Shown: piece by piece, positions 1 through 13,400 of the stretch | Numbering within the stretch: the stretch's first letter is position 1 | Layout: each line of letters begins with the position of its first letter | Assembly: GCA_977017645.1 (NCBI GenBank) | Contig: OZ360223.1 | Coordinates: forward strand, 187,178,001 to 187,242,000 | Direction of reading: 5' to 3' | DNA from: Torpedo marmorata | Lineage: Eukaryota | Length of the DNA stretch: 64,000 bases | Notes under the pieces: model-generated | What the model saw: the letters and a program-made list of their open reading frames with translations, nothing else | Told to the model about the DNA's origin: nothing | Database searches by the model: none | Position numbers and translations under genes: made by a program

Positions 1-245
1 GCACAGAAACTGACCCTTTGGCCCTTCTGGTCTGTGCAGTACTATCATTCTGCCTAGTCCCACTGACCTGCACCTAGTCCATATCCCTCCATACCCCTCC
101 CATCCATGTACTTATACAAATTTTTCTTAAATATTAACATGTAGCCTGCATTCACCACTTCAGCTGGCAGCTTGTTCCACACTCCCATTATCCTGTGTGA
201 AGAAGTTCCCCCAAATGTCCTTCAACTTTCCCCCTTTCATCCTTA
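1..245 (-). mobile_element. CR1 LINE 3' end fragment
   Basis: Reverse complement resembles the CR1 3' end at about 39110-39345 (aagggctgaatggcctgttttctgtgc). Confidence 0.65.
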
Positions 246-1433
246 ACATATTCTATCTCCCATATTTTATTTGCTGTAAAGTTTTCAGTAAGGGAACCAA
301 TCTATTTGCATTTACATTTACTTTCTGAACAGTGATTCCATGAAACTGAATATAACAGGAGATAACACAGTGTCCTAGAAAAAGAATTAATGATAACATG
401 AACTGTTTTGTGTTTGATTTTAGATCAATAGATTCTCATTACTCGACAAATCAATAGTGACAGCCAGTTTAAAATACAATGGGTCTACAAATTTTGTCAA
501 GAATCCAGAATGTTCCATGCTAAAGATAAACAATGATATTTCGACATGATTAGGCAGAAGTTAGCAATGTTTGACTGGAGGCAAATGTTAGTGTAACATC
601 ACGACTGCCAAATGGGGGTGTTTAAGAGTGTGAAGGTCCAGTAAAACAGTTCCAAGTAGGGTAAAGTTCAAGAATGAAGGTAAAGGGCCCCTGGTTAACA
701 AGAAATATGGAGGCAGAGAACAGAAAGAAAACAGACTCATATATCAGATACAAACAGACAGGTTTAAGGGAATCCCTTGAGGAATATAAGAAATGTAGTG
801 AAGAGAAAAATAATGAGGGCCAGAAGAGGTTTTGAGATGGCTTCAGCAAACAGTGTAAGGAGAATCAAAAATGATTTTATAAGTATATTAAGTACAAAAG
901 GATTACATGAAATAATAGGTCCTCTTAAGAATTAGGAGGCGTGTCTATGAGCCAGATGATTTGGGGAAGATCTTAAATGTATATTTTGAAAACATGTTTA
1001 CTGTGGAGTAAGATAAACAGGAGTGGGAGGTGAGGGAAGTAACTAAAGATACCCTAGGGTATGTCTGTATCAGTAGTGAAGAGGTGTTAGCAGTCTTGTA
1101 TCATATCAAGGTAGATAAATCTCCAGGTTCATATCATGTACGTCTGAGAACATTGTGGAGAGGCAGGAAGGAAATTGTTGGAGCCGGACAGACATTTTTA
1201 ACTCATTATGGAGGATAGGAGAAGTTGTGGAGGACTGAAGGATGAGAAATGTGGTGCCAATATTTTTAAAAGGCTATTGGCATAATTGAGGTAGTTGCAG
1301 ACCTGTTTGTCTGATGTCAGCTGGAAAGGAATCTGAGAGATAGAATCTATCAACATTAGGATGGCCCAGGAAAAATCAAGGAGAGCCAGCAAGAATTTGT
1401 GAGTGGGAAATAGTGTCTCATGAACTTGACAAA

Positions 1434-2145
1434 TGTATGTGTGATCAAATCAGGTTCCATGGGTTCACAGAGAAACAAGTCCAGACACAGGCAAATCAAA
1501 CAAAGGATGATCTTTATTGCAACACAGGGAAATAATGGGGAAGACACAAAACAACACTTGGTACTTTAAACAATGTAAGTAGTCACATCAGACAGCAATC
1601 TCCGATACCAGTGGCTGCTTATTCTCTCTCTCTCTCACACAAGTGCAGTAATATTCAGTAACTACCACACTCTTACTATACAGGGACTTCAACACGTACT
1701 CCCGGTTCCCTGTTCCCACGGTGCTGTTCAACACTAAGTATTCCCACATAATTCTACAGTCCCACTCTCAGTGTTGTGCACACCTTACCAATGACTCCTC
1801 CAGCAATGTCCACAGTTCGTGACCTGGCGTAGAGCAGTGTTCATAGTCAGGACCAAGGAGAATGAGCTGCTGCACGTGGTGAGCTTTTAAAGTGCAGTAA
1901 GCTGGGGAGTCAGGCTCAGGTAATCACTTAAGTGATTTAAAGGGGCCAATGGTCTTGTGTGCACCAACCTTGATTGGCAGGTGATGTGTCTTCTGACTAG
2001 GTTCCAGAGGGAGAGGTCACGTGACCTTCCACAATCCACATTCCCACCTGGTTTCAGACTGAGAGGTCACATGACTCTCCACAATCCACATTCCCACCAG
2101 GTTCCAGAACGAGAGGCCACATGACCCTCTACGATCCACACTACA
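1434..2145 (-). mobile_element. Probable solo LTR inserted in CR1
   Basis: TGT...ACA ends with imperfect terminal inverted repeats; splits the CR1 NL|IEFF segment; AATAAA on the - strand near 1513-1518; TSD degenerate (acaaa/ataga). Confidence 0.6.
2001..2145. repeat. Three tandem ~50-bp units carrying E-boxes
   Basis: gtt(c/t)cag..gagagg(t/c)cac(g/a)tgac...ac(a/g)atccaca repeated with a 50-nt period. Confidence 0.85.
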
Positions 2146-3154
2146 ATAGAATTTTTTGGAAAGGTGTCAAAGAGTGTAGATAGGGCAATACAGCTGATGT
2201 TATCTATTTGGATGTTCGTAAAGCATTAGATAAGGTCCCACATGGTAGATTGGTATGGAAAGTTAGAGCATATGAGATAGCAGGCCAGTTAGCAATGTTG
2301 TGACCAATGGAGAGCCTCAGGGTTCAGTACTAGGACCCTTGCTTTTTGTTATATACATCAATGATTTGGACAAATATGTTTGTGTGAAGGTGAGTAAATT
2401 TGCTGATGACATAAAAATATGTGCCATGGTAGACAGTAAAGAAGGTTACCTGGGTTTATAACAGAATCTTGATCAAATGGGGAACTGGGCTGAGGAATTG
2501 TAGGTATAGTTCATCTCAGACAAGTGTGAGGTACTGCATTTGGATAAATTGAACCAGGGCAGCACTTGCTCTGTTAGTGGCAGTGGCCTAAAAAGTGTAA
2601 TGGAGCAGAGGGACCTAAGGGTACAGGTATAAAGCTCTTTAATGATGGCCACACAGGAAGACAGAATAGTAAAGAGTGTGTTTGGGATGCTTGCCTTATC
2701 TATTGTGGCATTGAATACAAGTGTTAGAAATTGAGAGGACATAACTATAAGGTGAGGGGGTGAGATTTAGAAGGGATGTGAGAAGACAGTTTTCACTCAG
2801 AAGGTGGTGGGCATATGGAATAAACTTTCAGTCAAAGTGGTAAAGGCAAGTATGTTAACTTCCTTTAAAAAACACTAGGTTAGTTAGGTGGATAGGGGAC
2901 CTTGGAGGGGACTGGTCCTAATGCAGGTGTGGGACTAAAGCAGGAGAATATGTTGTTTGGCATGGACAAGCTGGGCCTGTGAACCTGTTTCTGTGCTCCA
3001 TGACTCAATGAAGCTGAGCAAAGAATAATGCATCCAGTATGGCATTGATAGACATTACTGTTATGATACACGGATGAATCTGCTTACTGTTAATTACTGT
3101 AATAATTTTGCTTGGTGTATTTTATAATTTTAATGTGACATTTTTTAATTTTAG

Positions 3155-3231
3155 TTCTAAGACCTGCTTCAACAAATGAAGAATTGAAGGGCAGGTGGGA
3201 AAATTTGTTGGGGGCAGAGTATGAAGTGATG
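3155..3231 (+). CDS. PATJ: PATJ/INADL coding exon (linker before PDZ4)
   Basis: ttttag acceptor and GTATGA donor; translates xLRPASTNEELKGRWENLLGAEYEVM, matching recalled human PATJ ENELKSRWENLLGPDYEVM. An alternative AG at 3160-3161 makes the 5' boundary slightly uncertain. Confidence 0.9.
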
Positions 3232-3711
3232 GTATGAATTTCTAATACTATTTGACAATGGAAAAATACTACTGTGAAAAATAAATATTTGACAATAAAT
3301 ATTTTAATTTTATTTGCATAAATTGTAAAATTTAGTGTCCATTTTCAAATGTAAAATATATTTCATAGAACTAATCAATGTTCAATTTTAAGGAGTATTC
3401 CTGACCGTTAGAATGGAAATTTATTAGGTTTAATGAAATGTAGTTCTGAACTAATTGCAACATTATGGAGGACTATCATTCCCCCCCCTGAAAAAAAGCA
3501 TGACAATATATTTTATAATTGAGAAAATTTCCTCCATTCTATAAATAAAATTTCTTAAGTTACCATATTCATATTAGCTCTATTAATTTGTGATTGGGAT
3601 GTTAAACTGTATCAGTAGAAATCATCCACTTATTGATATTTAAGTGAAAACAAATTGATCATGTGTTACATTCATTCTAACTAACTTAATATTTTCCTTA
3701 TTCATAATTAG

Positions 3712-3768
3712 GTGGTAAATGTTGACCCTCAGTTCTTTAATGATGCAGATATGAAGAAATATTCTAAG
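3712..3768 (+). CDS. PATJ: PATJ coding exon
   Basis: AG/GTAATG boundaries, 57 nt, phase 0-0; VVNVDPQFFNDADMKKYSK vs human VATLDTQIADDAELQKYSK. Confidence 0.9.
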
Positions 3769-3802
3769 GTAATGTAACTCAGTCATTAAGACATTAATGA
3801 CT

Positions 3803-4204
3803 AATCTGATTTAGATTTAGGATTAGAAAGATGGCATGCAGAACTTCGTTCGTGTATACCACTTGAAAAAATTACTTATAATTTACGTAATAAATACTAT
3901 TTTTTCTTAAAAATTTGGAGCCCATATATGAAGGCTGTGGGTTTAAGGATTTGATGATCTCTGGATATCGGATCTACTGGCATATTTGACCTCCATAATA
4001 GAATTAGTTTATAGATGGCATTCCCCTTACTCTATCTTTTCTTTCTTTTTTTTTCTATTTTTACTTTATATTTTTTAGATTAGTGGGGATGGGGGGTTAG
4101 GGAGGGAGGGGGGGTTAAAATGTATCACATGTATTTTGATAATTTTATATTTTATCTTATGTATCTTGTGATTTAAAAATTTAAATAAAATATTTTTTTT
4201 TAAA
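3803..4204 (+). mobile_element. 5'-truncated L1 (family A) 3' end
   Basis: TSD aagacattaatgact (3788-3802 / 4205-4219); ORF2 C-terminus RWHAELRSCIPLEKITY; G-rich 3' UTR; AATAAA. Confidence 0.92.
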
Positions 4205-5329
4205 AAGACATTAATGACTGCTATAGGTAAGACTTCATTTGTTTTCATGTTGAGTTTTTCAGCAGAATGTTAAGTACGCTGGTGTACCTGTTTGATTTAG
4301 CAGTGGCACATAACATTTATGATCTTTATTGCCTGCAACACTTCCAGTGTTGCCCATGACTTTTTTGTGACTAGGACATGGAGATGTTATTTCTCTTTTT
4401 AAAAAATAAAAAATAAAAATCTTACATTACAGTATTTATGGAATTAGGAAGAGTAACATTTGGTTCAGAATGTTTTTCTCTGCTTTTTGTAATCTATAAT
4501 AGTGGGTCAGTCAATTTGTGCCTCTTTAATCGAATAGTTGAATCTTTATCTCAACTTATCTCTATTCTCTTAATCAACACAAATTTTCTGAGGGGGGATA
4601 TGGAGCAGGTAGAAAGTGCAATTTCCATTTTTCCACCTTTTAATACAGGTACTGTAAGGGCTTTGTGATTTTGCTCCTAAATAATGTATTCTTAATTTTA
4701 AAACCATGCTTCTTTGTTCTGCATGTCAAACTGGAGAAATTTAATCCTTTTATCAACTTTTTTACTGAAGTAGATGTTTGGTCCAGTAACTCTTGGCTCA
4801 GATTTCAATGGTGAAGAATCCTGTGCTCCAAAAGATACTTAAAATTAAATTTCACCAAATTGCTCACTTTACTGTCAGTGAAGAAAAAATATCTTTCCAC
4901 TGTGAAGTTTCGGGGTTAAGTTATTAGGAACCATTGTGGTAAAGGATCCATTAGTTGCCTGACCAGAGTCAGCCTTCCCATTCTGGCATTGGCAGTCATG
5001 TCCTCAGACAGAGCCAGAAATATTTCTGAATGTTTCAGATATTCAAAAATAAGAAGTGATAATAATGTTGAAACTGAGAAATGTAAAGCACACAAATTTT
5101 AAAGCAAAAAAGAAAATTAAAATGCTTGCTTAATCCCTGCCATTCAAATTGCTGAAGAAGCCTGCACCTCTTCTGATCTTGCACAAAAAATGTTGAGGGA
5201 AGCTCCACTGTTAGTTGTGCAATGACCTGATCCCTCTGAACTCCCAGCATTGGACCAGAGCCTTCTACCCAGATGCAAATGACAGAAAGTAACTTCAGGA
5301 TTTCCATGTTCACACCATATGCACAGAAA

Positions 5330-5950
5330 TCCTGGACTTCGTATCAGTTGAATGAGAGGTTTCAGTAAATATCAATGGATTTAACATAATTGTCCCACAA
5401 ATTTATATTATGATTAGACAGATTAGACATGACCTTAAGCCCAGTTTAAAGCTCATGTTTTACAATGTGGCAATGATCCCTGCCCTCTTGTACGCTTCAG
5501 AAGCATAGTTTTCCTAAAGCAATCCACTGGTACATGAATGCATTGGCATCCTCCCCCAGGTCAACATCTCCAGCATCAAAGTCTCGAATTGCAATCTGCC
5601 CATTCCCATAGGTGTGTCACAGCATAACACCAATAATTCTAGTTCAGATTCCATCCAGGCAAAACATTGTCAGCAGGCAGAAGAAATGCTTCAATGAAGC
5701 TTCAAAGTTTCCTCGAAAAAATGAATGTCATCATCAACCGGTGGGAATTTCTGGTTCATCTCTAACGGAAAAGAATCATCCAAGATTATGACAAAAAACT
5801 TGGAATTCACTTTGTTAAGAGCCCACAAATTCCTAGTGAAAATGGTAGAAGGAGTATAACACTTTTCATACAACAAGCCCATCATTCCTCACTTGTTCCT
5901 GTAGCAGAGCCTGCCACTCACACTTGGATTTGCCAGTCATCTCAAAATCT
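5330..5950 (+). mobile_element. Highly decayed RTE-clade LINE fragment
   Basis: About 5452-5508 reads LMFYNVAMIPALLYASEA*, resembling the RTE motif YxAVVLPTLLYGSETW; boundaries approximate. Confidence 0.4.
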
Positions 5951-6191
5951 ATAGTAAGACATTCTCAACACCAAGGGGCAGTCAGAGGAAAAGCAGATTT
6001 TCACTTGACAAGCTTTCATGAGGTTGATTTTCTGGACAGCCAGAGTGAAAGCAGAGCAATATTTTCTTTGCTGAATTGCAGAGCCTTTGAATCTGCTTTG
6101 AAAGAGCCATGATTGCTCATGGAGATCAGGGATGTAGACTGAATAGGTGAAGATCCTGTTGTAGTTGTAATGATTCTGTAATCAGTAATAT

Positions 6192-7000
6192 ATATATATA
6201 TATTTTGAATATTTCACAGTATACATGAATAATATACATTGTTAACTTCAGAAAGATCTTTTATAGTTATATTGTATTACATAGTGTATTCTACCCCTTC
6301 CCTTAACCCCCAAACCTTTATAACATTTTTCCAACAGTTCAAATTAAAATTATTACTTAATATTTCTAATCCCACCCTCTACCCACTCCCTCCCCTTACA
6401 TTCCCTCCCCTTCCAAAAATCTACAAAAGAAAGAAGGAAAAAGAAAAAAGAAAGTAAGATAATATTACTTATAAAAGACATCTATGTGGATCGCCCGGGG
6501 ATTCATAGTTCGACGCAAGGTTTTCAACAGTGTTTTTATTATTTAGATTTGAGGGAGTTAGCATAAGGCCTAGGGTATGGAATAACATATTTACATATTT
6601 ATACCTAATATCTGGATATATGGATGCCAAATTTGCAAAAATACCCCATATTTATTTCTTATATTGTATGTTATTTTTTCCAATGGAATGCAACTCTGTA
6701 TCTCTGTATTCTATCTTTCCATACCTAAATTTGTATCTGACTTCCAAGTTTCTGCTGTACACTTCCTTGCTACCGCTAGGGCAATTTTAACAAATTTCAA
6801 TTGATATATTGATAACTTCAATTTTGGTCTGGTTCCTTCAACATTCCCGAATAAAAATAAATCAGGGTTTTGTGGGAGTGTAACACCCGTAATTTGCTTT
6901 AACAAATTTCCTATTCCCACCCAGAAGGGTCTTACCTTAGAGCATAACCAAGTTGAATGTAAAAAAGTTCCCACTTCTTCACCACATCTAAAACACTTAT
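6192..7000 (-). mobile_element. 5'-truncated L1 (family B, like 57190-63005)
   Basis: TSD tcagtaatat (6182-6191 / 7001-7010); ORF 6711-6974 is nearly the same as ORF 62268-62576. Confidence 0.88.
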
Positions 7001-7309
7001 TCAGTAATATCTTAATGATAGAAATTGAGATTGCAGATTTTCGTGTTTCATTCTCTCTTCATTGCAATTACTGTGACAGTTTTGAACAATGATGTGATAT
7101 CAAATGGCTGAGCAGAAAATTTATTGAACTGATTTATCTGAAGACTAAAGTGCCATTAAAATATGCCAACTCTGACTAAACATACAATTTTCTGGAAGAT
7201 TCTCCAATAGGAATGATAAATTTGACCAAATATGTATCCCTTATTTTAAGTTAAATCATGAGGTAATTATGTTATTGTTACTATCACTTAAGTAAAGTGG
7301 TTTAGGTAG

Positions 7310-7910
7310 ATAAATACCATTTATTGTCATGTAATAAAATAGAAATGTAATATTATACAAAATTAACGTTAGTCTGCCGAAAGGCAGATAAAGATTTTAT
7401 ATTAGCATTAGCATTGCCCGGCGCCCCTTTCAGTCAGAGAAAAAGAAATGAAAGAGAGTCGCTCCAGTCACCAGGTGTCTGTGAATTCACCTCCAGCGCT
7501 CCCACAGCCTCTGCAGCCACACAAGACTCTTGTTTAGTTCAAACCATCGGCAACCTGAGCCCAGATCCAAACCTTTTACATGATAAGAAAGCCTTCAGTG
7601 CCAAGGGCCCTTCGGTAGCCCTCCTTGCCCTCAGCATCCTCTCGAATACCTGGTTCTCATGAGCCAGTCTCCAGCAGCCCACAGCCTGGTACGAGTCCTT
7701 TGACCTCGTCGCCAACAGCCCATGGCCTGTGTGGGTTCCTCGCCAACAGCTCGCCACCTGTGTGTGTCCTTCAGCCTCGTAGCCCCTCGCTGGTCTGTCA
7801 CCATGGTCACCGTCCTTAAGGTTGTCTCCTCTGCTTTTGCTTCTCAATGGGGGTGTTCTCCCCATTACTGGTGCCCTGCACCAGTCCACTGCTCCCCCGG
7901 AGTCTCAACC
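7310..7910 (-). repeat. Unclassified interspersed repeat (LINE-tail-like end, GC-rich body)
   Basis: Abrupt GC shift; tttattgtca end like the Rex1-type tails at about 18405 and 45552; hairpin TCTGCC-GAAA-GGCAGA at 7373-7388. Confidence 0.35.
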
Positions 7911-8302
7911 GCTCGTGATTATGGCAAAGTTCTGCTTGGAAAAGAAAAGTCTTTAAATAATAGTGTTCATTTCAAAAGGCACTTCCAAAGTGCCTTCAAT
8001 GAGACTTTATTTCCCCTGGCATGCAGAATTGATCTCTGATTAGCATTGTCCTTGAAAGCAAGTACCTCAGTCATTGTAACCCTCCCTCAGTATTGCAGTG
8101 AAATATGAACGACATCATTATCTCAAGCTTTATTGTGGGCTTCTAACTCCTGCAGGAGAATTCTCCCCTGAGCCAAGGTTGATACCTATATTGTTCTGAA
8201 GCTTCATACCACACATTAACATGGGATAGTGTGAAAGAAATAATTTGAAAGTAACTGGATGATAAACTAAAGCAAAGAAAATATTGCATATTCATTCTAA
8301 TT

Positions 8303-8920
8303 CTTTATTTTTCAATCTTTTTATTAATCGTATTATGGTAAACAATACATGAGGAGAATAGGAGTACATAATCAAGAAGAAAAAAAAAATCACTATGACA
8401 TCATATGATGTTACATATTGCATTACACCACTTGTTCTCATCTCCTCAAACTGAAATCTTCCAAAAAAAATAAAAAAAAATAAAATTTATTATATAAAAT
8501 CCCACCTAATCTAAGAAAAAAAAACACAAAAAAAAGAGAGACTGGGCAGCCTATCCTGAGAATTTATTAATAAAAATTAATCGTCTGGTCTTCACCAACA
8601 AAGAGGAAAGAAATAAAATTAAATATAGTCCAGAAAGGAAAATAATTATACTAACTAAGTCATGAGGAAATAATTTACAAAAGGTCGCCAAGTCTCTTCA
8701 AATTTAACAAAAGTATCAAATGTACGACTCCTAACTTTCTCTAAACTTGAACATGACATAATTTGAGAGAACCATTGAGTCAAAGTAGGTGGATTAGAAT
8801 CTTTCCATTTAAATAAAGTAGCTCTTCGAGCCAACAATGGAGAAAAGGCTACAACCCAATGTGTGGAAGTGGGAACTCGTCCCACTTCTGAAACTATAAT
8901 TCCAAAAAGAGCAGTCAATG
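8303..8920 (-). mobile_element. 5'-truncated L1 (third family)
   Basis: TSD tattcattctaatt (8289-8302 / 8921-8934); ORF 8655-8927 has an L1 ORF2 C-terminus (LLARRATLFKWKDSNPP...LEKVR...W.PF). Confidence 0.85.
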
Positions 8921-8958
8921 TATTCATTCTAATTAACTTGAATTTTGTTTTAATATAG

Positions 8959-9093
8959 TTGTTACCAGTTCATACCTTGAATCTTGGAGTGGAGCTAGAC
9001 TCATTTGATGGACATCATTACATTTCATCAGTTATTCCTGATGGACCAATAGGCAAAACTGGATTACTAAAAGTAGAAGATGAGCTTTTAGAG
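8959..9093 (+). CDS. PATJ: PATJ coding exon (PDZ4 N-terminal half)
   Basis: AG/GTATGG boundaries, 135 nt; [45 protein letters not shown]. Confidence 0.95.
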
Positions 9094-9309
9094 GTATGGC
9101 TTTTTAAAAAAAAACTAATTAAAATTTGAAATGAACCCCTCTATTTAAATATTCATTCATGCCAAAATTATTTTTTAGTTGAATTAGTTCATACAACAAC
9201 CACAACATGGGACAGGATGAGGTAATCATTGTAAAATAATTTAATGATTTTGTTTGTTGATTTTTGAGAATGTTGGTCATTTGGTATAATTAATGAAAAG
9301 GAGAATTCA

Positions 9310-10889
9310 ATGGTACCAATGAGAATCCCTGCAGAAGCTGTCGACCCTGTGACATCTGTTTCTGAGGCCAGTGCCAGAACATCCTTCAAGGGGGTGAATC
9401 CTCGCAAGGCGCCAGGCCCTGATGGCGTACCTGATAGGGTACTGAAAATCTGTGCCAACCAACTCGCCTGAGTGTTTGCGGACATTTTCAATTTCTCATT
9501 GCTGCAATCGGAGGTTCCTACCTGCTTTAAAAGGGCATCGATCATACCCAAGGAGAGCAGAGCAAGCTGCCTCAGTGACTGTCACCCAGTAGCACTCACA
9601 TTTACTGTAATGAAATGCTTTGAGAGGTTGGACATGGCCAGAGTTAACTCGTACCTAAGTAAAGATCTGGACCAACTGCAATTTGCTTACTGTCACAATC
9701 GCTCCACAGCAGATGCAATATCACTGACTCTCCACTCAGCTCTGGATCACCTCGACAGCAGCAGCACGTACATCAGGCTACTCTTCATCGACTTCAGCTC
9801 AGGCTTCAACACCATCATTCCCTCAGTGCTGGTCAACAAGCTCCAAACCCTGGGCCTCTGCACCCCGCTCTGCAACTGGGTCCTTGACTTTTTCATCAGA
9901 AGACCACAGTCAGTGCGAATGGGAAATAATGTCTGCTCCTCACTGACAATCAACACAGACACACCTCAAGGATGCGTTCTTAGCCCAATGCTATACTCGC
10001 TCTACACCCATGACTCTGGCTAGGTACAAATCAAGTGCCATCTACAAATTTGCCGATGACACCACGGTCGTCAGTAGAATCACAGTTGGCAATGAGGAAG
10101 TGTACAGGAGTGAGATAGATCAGCTAGTTGAGTGATATAACAACAACAACAACCTTGCACTCAACATTATCAAAACTAAGGAACTGATTGTGGACTTCAG
10201 GAGGGGGAAATCAGAACACAAACTAGTCCTCATCGAGGGGTCAGCAGTGGAACTTCACATTCCTGGGTGTGAACATCCCTGAAGATCTGACTTGGGGCCT
10301 CCATGTTGATGCAATCACAAAGAAGGCTTGCCAGTGGTTCTACTTCGTGAGGAGTTTGAGGAGATTTGGTATATCACCAAAGATTCTTTCAAATTTCTAC
10401 AGGTGTATCATGGAGAGCATTCTGACTGGCTGCAGAATGTCTGGTATGGAAGTGCCAATGCACAGGACAGAAAAAGACTACAGAGAATTGTGAACTCGGC
10501 CAGTGCCATCATCGACATCAGTCTTCACCTCATTGAGGACATCTCCAAGAGGCGGTGTCTTAAGAAAGCAGCCTCTATCCTCCAGGACCCTCACCACCCA
10601 GGCCATGCCCTCTTCACACTGCTACCATTAGGAAGGGGATACAGGAGCCTGAAGACAAACCCCCAACAGCATAGAAACAGCTTCTTTCCCTCTGCCATCA
10701 GATTTCTGAATGGACAATGGCCCACAGACACTACTGCACTTTCTCTTCTTTTTGCTCTAATTTATTTATTTTTAAAATATAATTTATAGCTTTAATATTT
10801 GCACCTGCAATAAATATTTGCACCTGTAATGCTGCTGCAAAACAACAAATTTCGTACATGTTAATGACAATAAATTCTGATTCTGATTC
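9310..10889 (+). mobile_element. Rex1/Babar-type LINE, 5'-truncated and decayed
   Basis: RT motifs [30 protein letters not shown]; C-terminus NSFFPSAIR; ttctga tail after AATAAA. Confidence 0.85.
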
Positions 10890-11589
10890 ACATTTTTAAA
10901 TCAAAGAATCTTCCAAGGGTAAATAAAAATGATTTCAGTTTCCAGTGCTCTACAGATTACGATGCTGTTTGACACTTGTTTAGGGTTTTATTTTTGTCTT
11001 TTTTCTCAGTTTTACATTTTATTTTTTGAATTGGTTGTGATGAGCAGTCATTTCCACTTGTGAGTAACCTTTAGGCCAGAATTTATATCGAGAATTATTT
11101 AGAGACTGATAGAAATGGAGACCTGAAGTTGATTATTTACAAACTTCTGCTTTGTCAAGCACTTTCTTAAGCATGAACTGTCAGTAAAGGTGAATTTTGG
11201 TCAGTTCCATTCCACGTAATTAATGTGCTCTGGAGAGAAAATTGTCATGCATTATTGGCAAATTGAGGAAGTAAATGAGGAGAATTAAATGAGATACTGC
11301 TGGAATAGGAAAGTAGTTCATACAAATAGGAAGTGCAATAAATGCTGGTCTGATATCCTTGTCCCACAAATGAATTTAAAATCAAGTACCCAAATGAACA
11401 TTGCAGATAACCTGATCAACCTCCTAATTGTTTCATGAATTACACTTCCACACAAGGTGAAGAATATTAGAAAATCCATTATAATACAAGAATTAAAGCA
11501 GGTAAAATTTGTAAAAATGTTTTGTTAATTCTTGACAATAATTGTTTAAAATACCTTTTTGTAATCCAAATATTTGCATTCTATTTCAG

Positions 11590-11751
11590 GTGAATGGAAA
11601 GCAGTTATATGGAAAATCGCGCCGTGAAGTGGTTTTATTTCTGAAAGACATGTCCCCTCCGTTCACTTTGGTCTGTTGTAGACGACTGTTTGAGGAGGGA
11701 AATGAGATGCCTGTAGATGAACCAACTGCCATGGCAAGAGAAACTTCCCAG
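11590..11751 (+). CDS. PATJ: PATJ coding exon (PDZ4 C-terminal half)
   Basis: tttcag acceptor; [54 protein letters not shown]; donor CAG|GTGGAG keeps phase 0 but is a weak consensus. Confidence 0.9.
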
Positions 11752-13400
11752 GTGGAGTTCGGGAAAACTATACTGATATGTTCCAAGCTACAGAATTTCA
11801 TATTAACTTTCATATTGGTTGAGCTATTTGGGAGTCAAAAATCTCCTTGATCATGCTACTCTTTAAACATGTTCATATGTACTCAGATTGTCATCTCATC
11901 AATTTTTAGTGATTGACAAATACATTGTCTTCATGCAGCTGTTCTTGAAGGCTGGGTCAATATGTTAGCTGCATGAAGACCGAATACTCAGAGTGATGAA
12001 ATGTTTGTAAAATATCTGACAGTTGCACTCATTCTTTGGTACCATTCCATGTTACTTTATTATTTATATTAAGTATAGAAGGATAATTCTATCACAACAA
12101 CATAAGCAGTAAATATTTATGCTAAATAAATTATTTGAATGTACTTGTGACATCTTAAAAGTTAAGAAAACTTCACTTACCTTTTAAAAACAGTTGTTGT
12201 CCTCCCTCCATTGTTATGTACACCTTAAACCCATCTGTTTTCCTTTACTAATGCCACATCTAACTTCAGTACCTGCTCGCGTTCCCATTGAGTTTGATAG
12301 TGTTGGTGGTTGTGGGTTTGGGAGGTACTGTCAGAGTAGACAAGTATCTGCAGTACATTTAGTGCTAATGGTCAAGTGAACAAATGCTGAGGGCAGCAGA
12401 AAGGATATAAATCAAGTGAGCTGATTTACAATGGGTAGCAATGAGCTATTTGACAGCCATCACTGCTGTGCTCATCCGGGCAAGTGAAGTGTATTAAGTG
12501 AAGTGCGTCAAAAATGTGGATGATGGTACAACGATATAGGAACCTGATAAGACCATGCCTGAAGTGTTGTGTAGAATTTTGGTCCCTTTACCAAAGATGG
12601 GTATACTTGCTATAGAGATTCTCCAGACTGCCTCCTTTATGTCAACTGAAGAAAGATCGAGTAAGCTAGGCCTCGAATATTTAGACGTAGAAAAGTGAGA
12701 GATAACCTCAATGAAATTCATCTTTAATATTTAATATTCCAGGAAATGTTGGGAAATGTAATTTTCCAAGAAATGTGGGTAAAATTTAATATTCCAGGAA
12801 AAATGCACTATGTTCAGCTTTATGACTATTGGTATTACTAAATTCAGTTGGTTTATTATTACGTGGAACTTCATGATTTACACTGGTGCAGTTAGATTCC
12901 AAAACGTCTGCTTTTCTGTTTAGTTGTTCAACTATTGCCTTGCTTCAACTTGTTTGAAACATTGAAAATTATGACACAGGCATTGTCATGATTCAAACCT
13001 GAAGGACTGCAAAATTTCTGTCAAAACAGTTCAGTATAGAGCTGTATGACACATGTTTACATTAGGGCTTGAAGGAAACAAAATCACTTGGTGACCCCGT
13101 AACATTTCTCAGGTTTTGCTTTCTGACATAATGTCTCAGTGCTTTATATTTTAAAATAATAATTTCTGTTCGATTTTGTAATCTGCAAAAATAATAGTTT
13201 CAACGGCTGAATTTTGCCTTTTTCAAAATCCATTTTCCATGTGAAGTAGATGGTTGAGAAAAGTTTAAGCTTCAGTAATTCACTCTTAGATTTGTAACTA
13301 ATTTTCTGTGTATATTCAACCTGTTATTTTCTAAAATCATTTAAGTTTCTATAAGAATCAACTCTACTATCATTAACTATTTGTATGTTCCTATTTTTAG

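Larger units (their letters stand above)
500..3005 (+). mobile_element. Degenerate CR1 LINE (ORF2 remnants), interrupted at 1434-2145
   Basis: Collinear with the CR1 at 37200-39350 (KVDKSPG, PQGSVLGP, KFADD motifs, 3' UTR); many stops. Confidence 0.8.
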
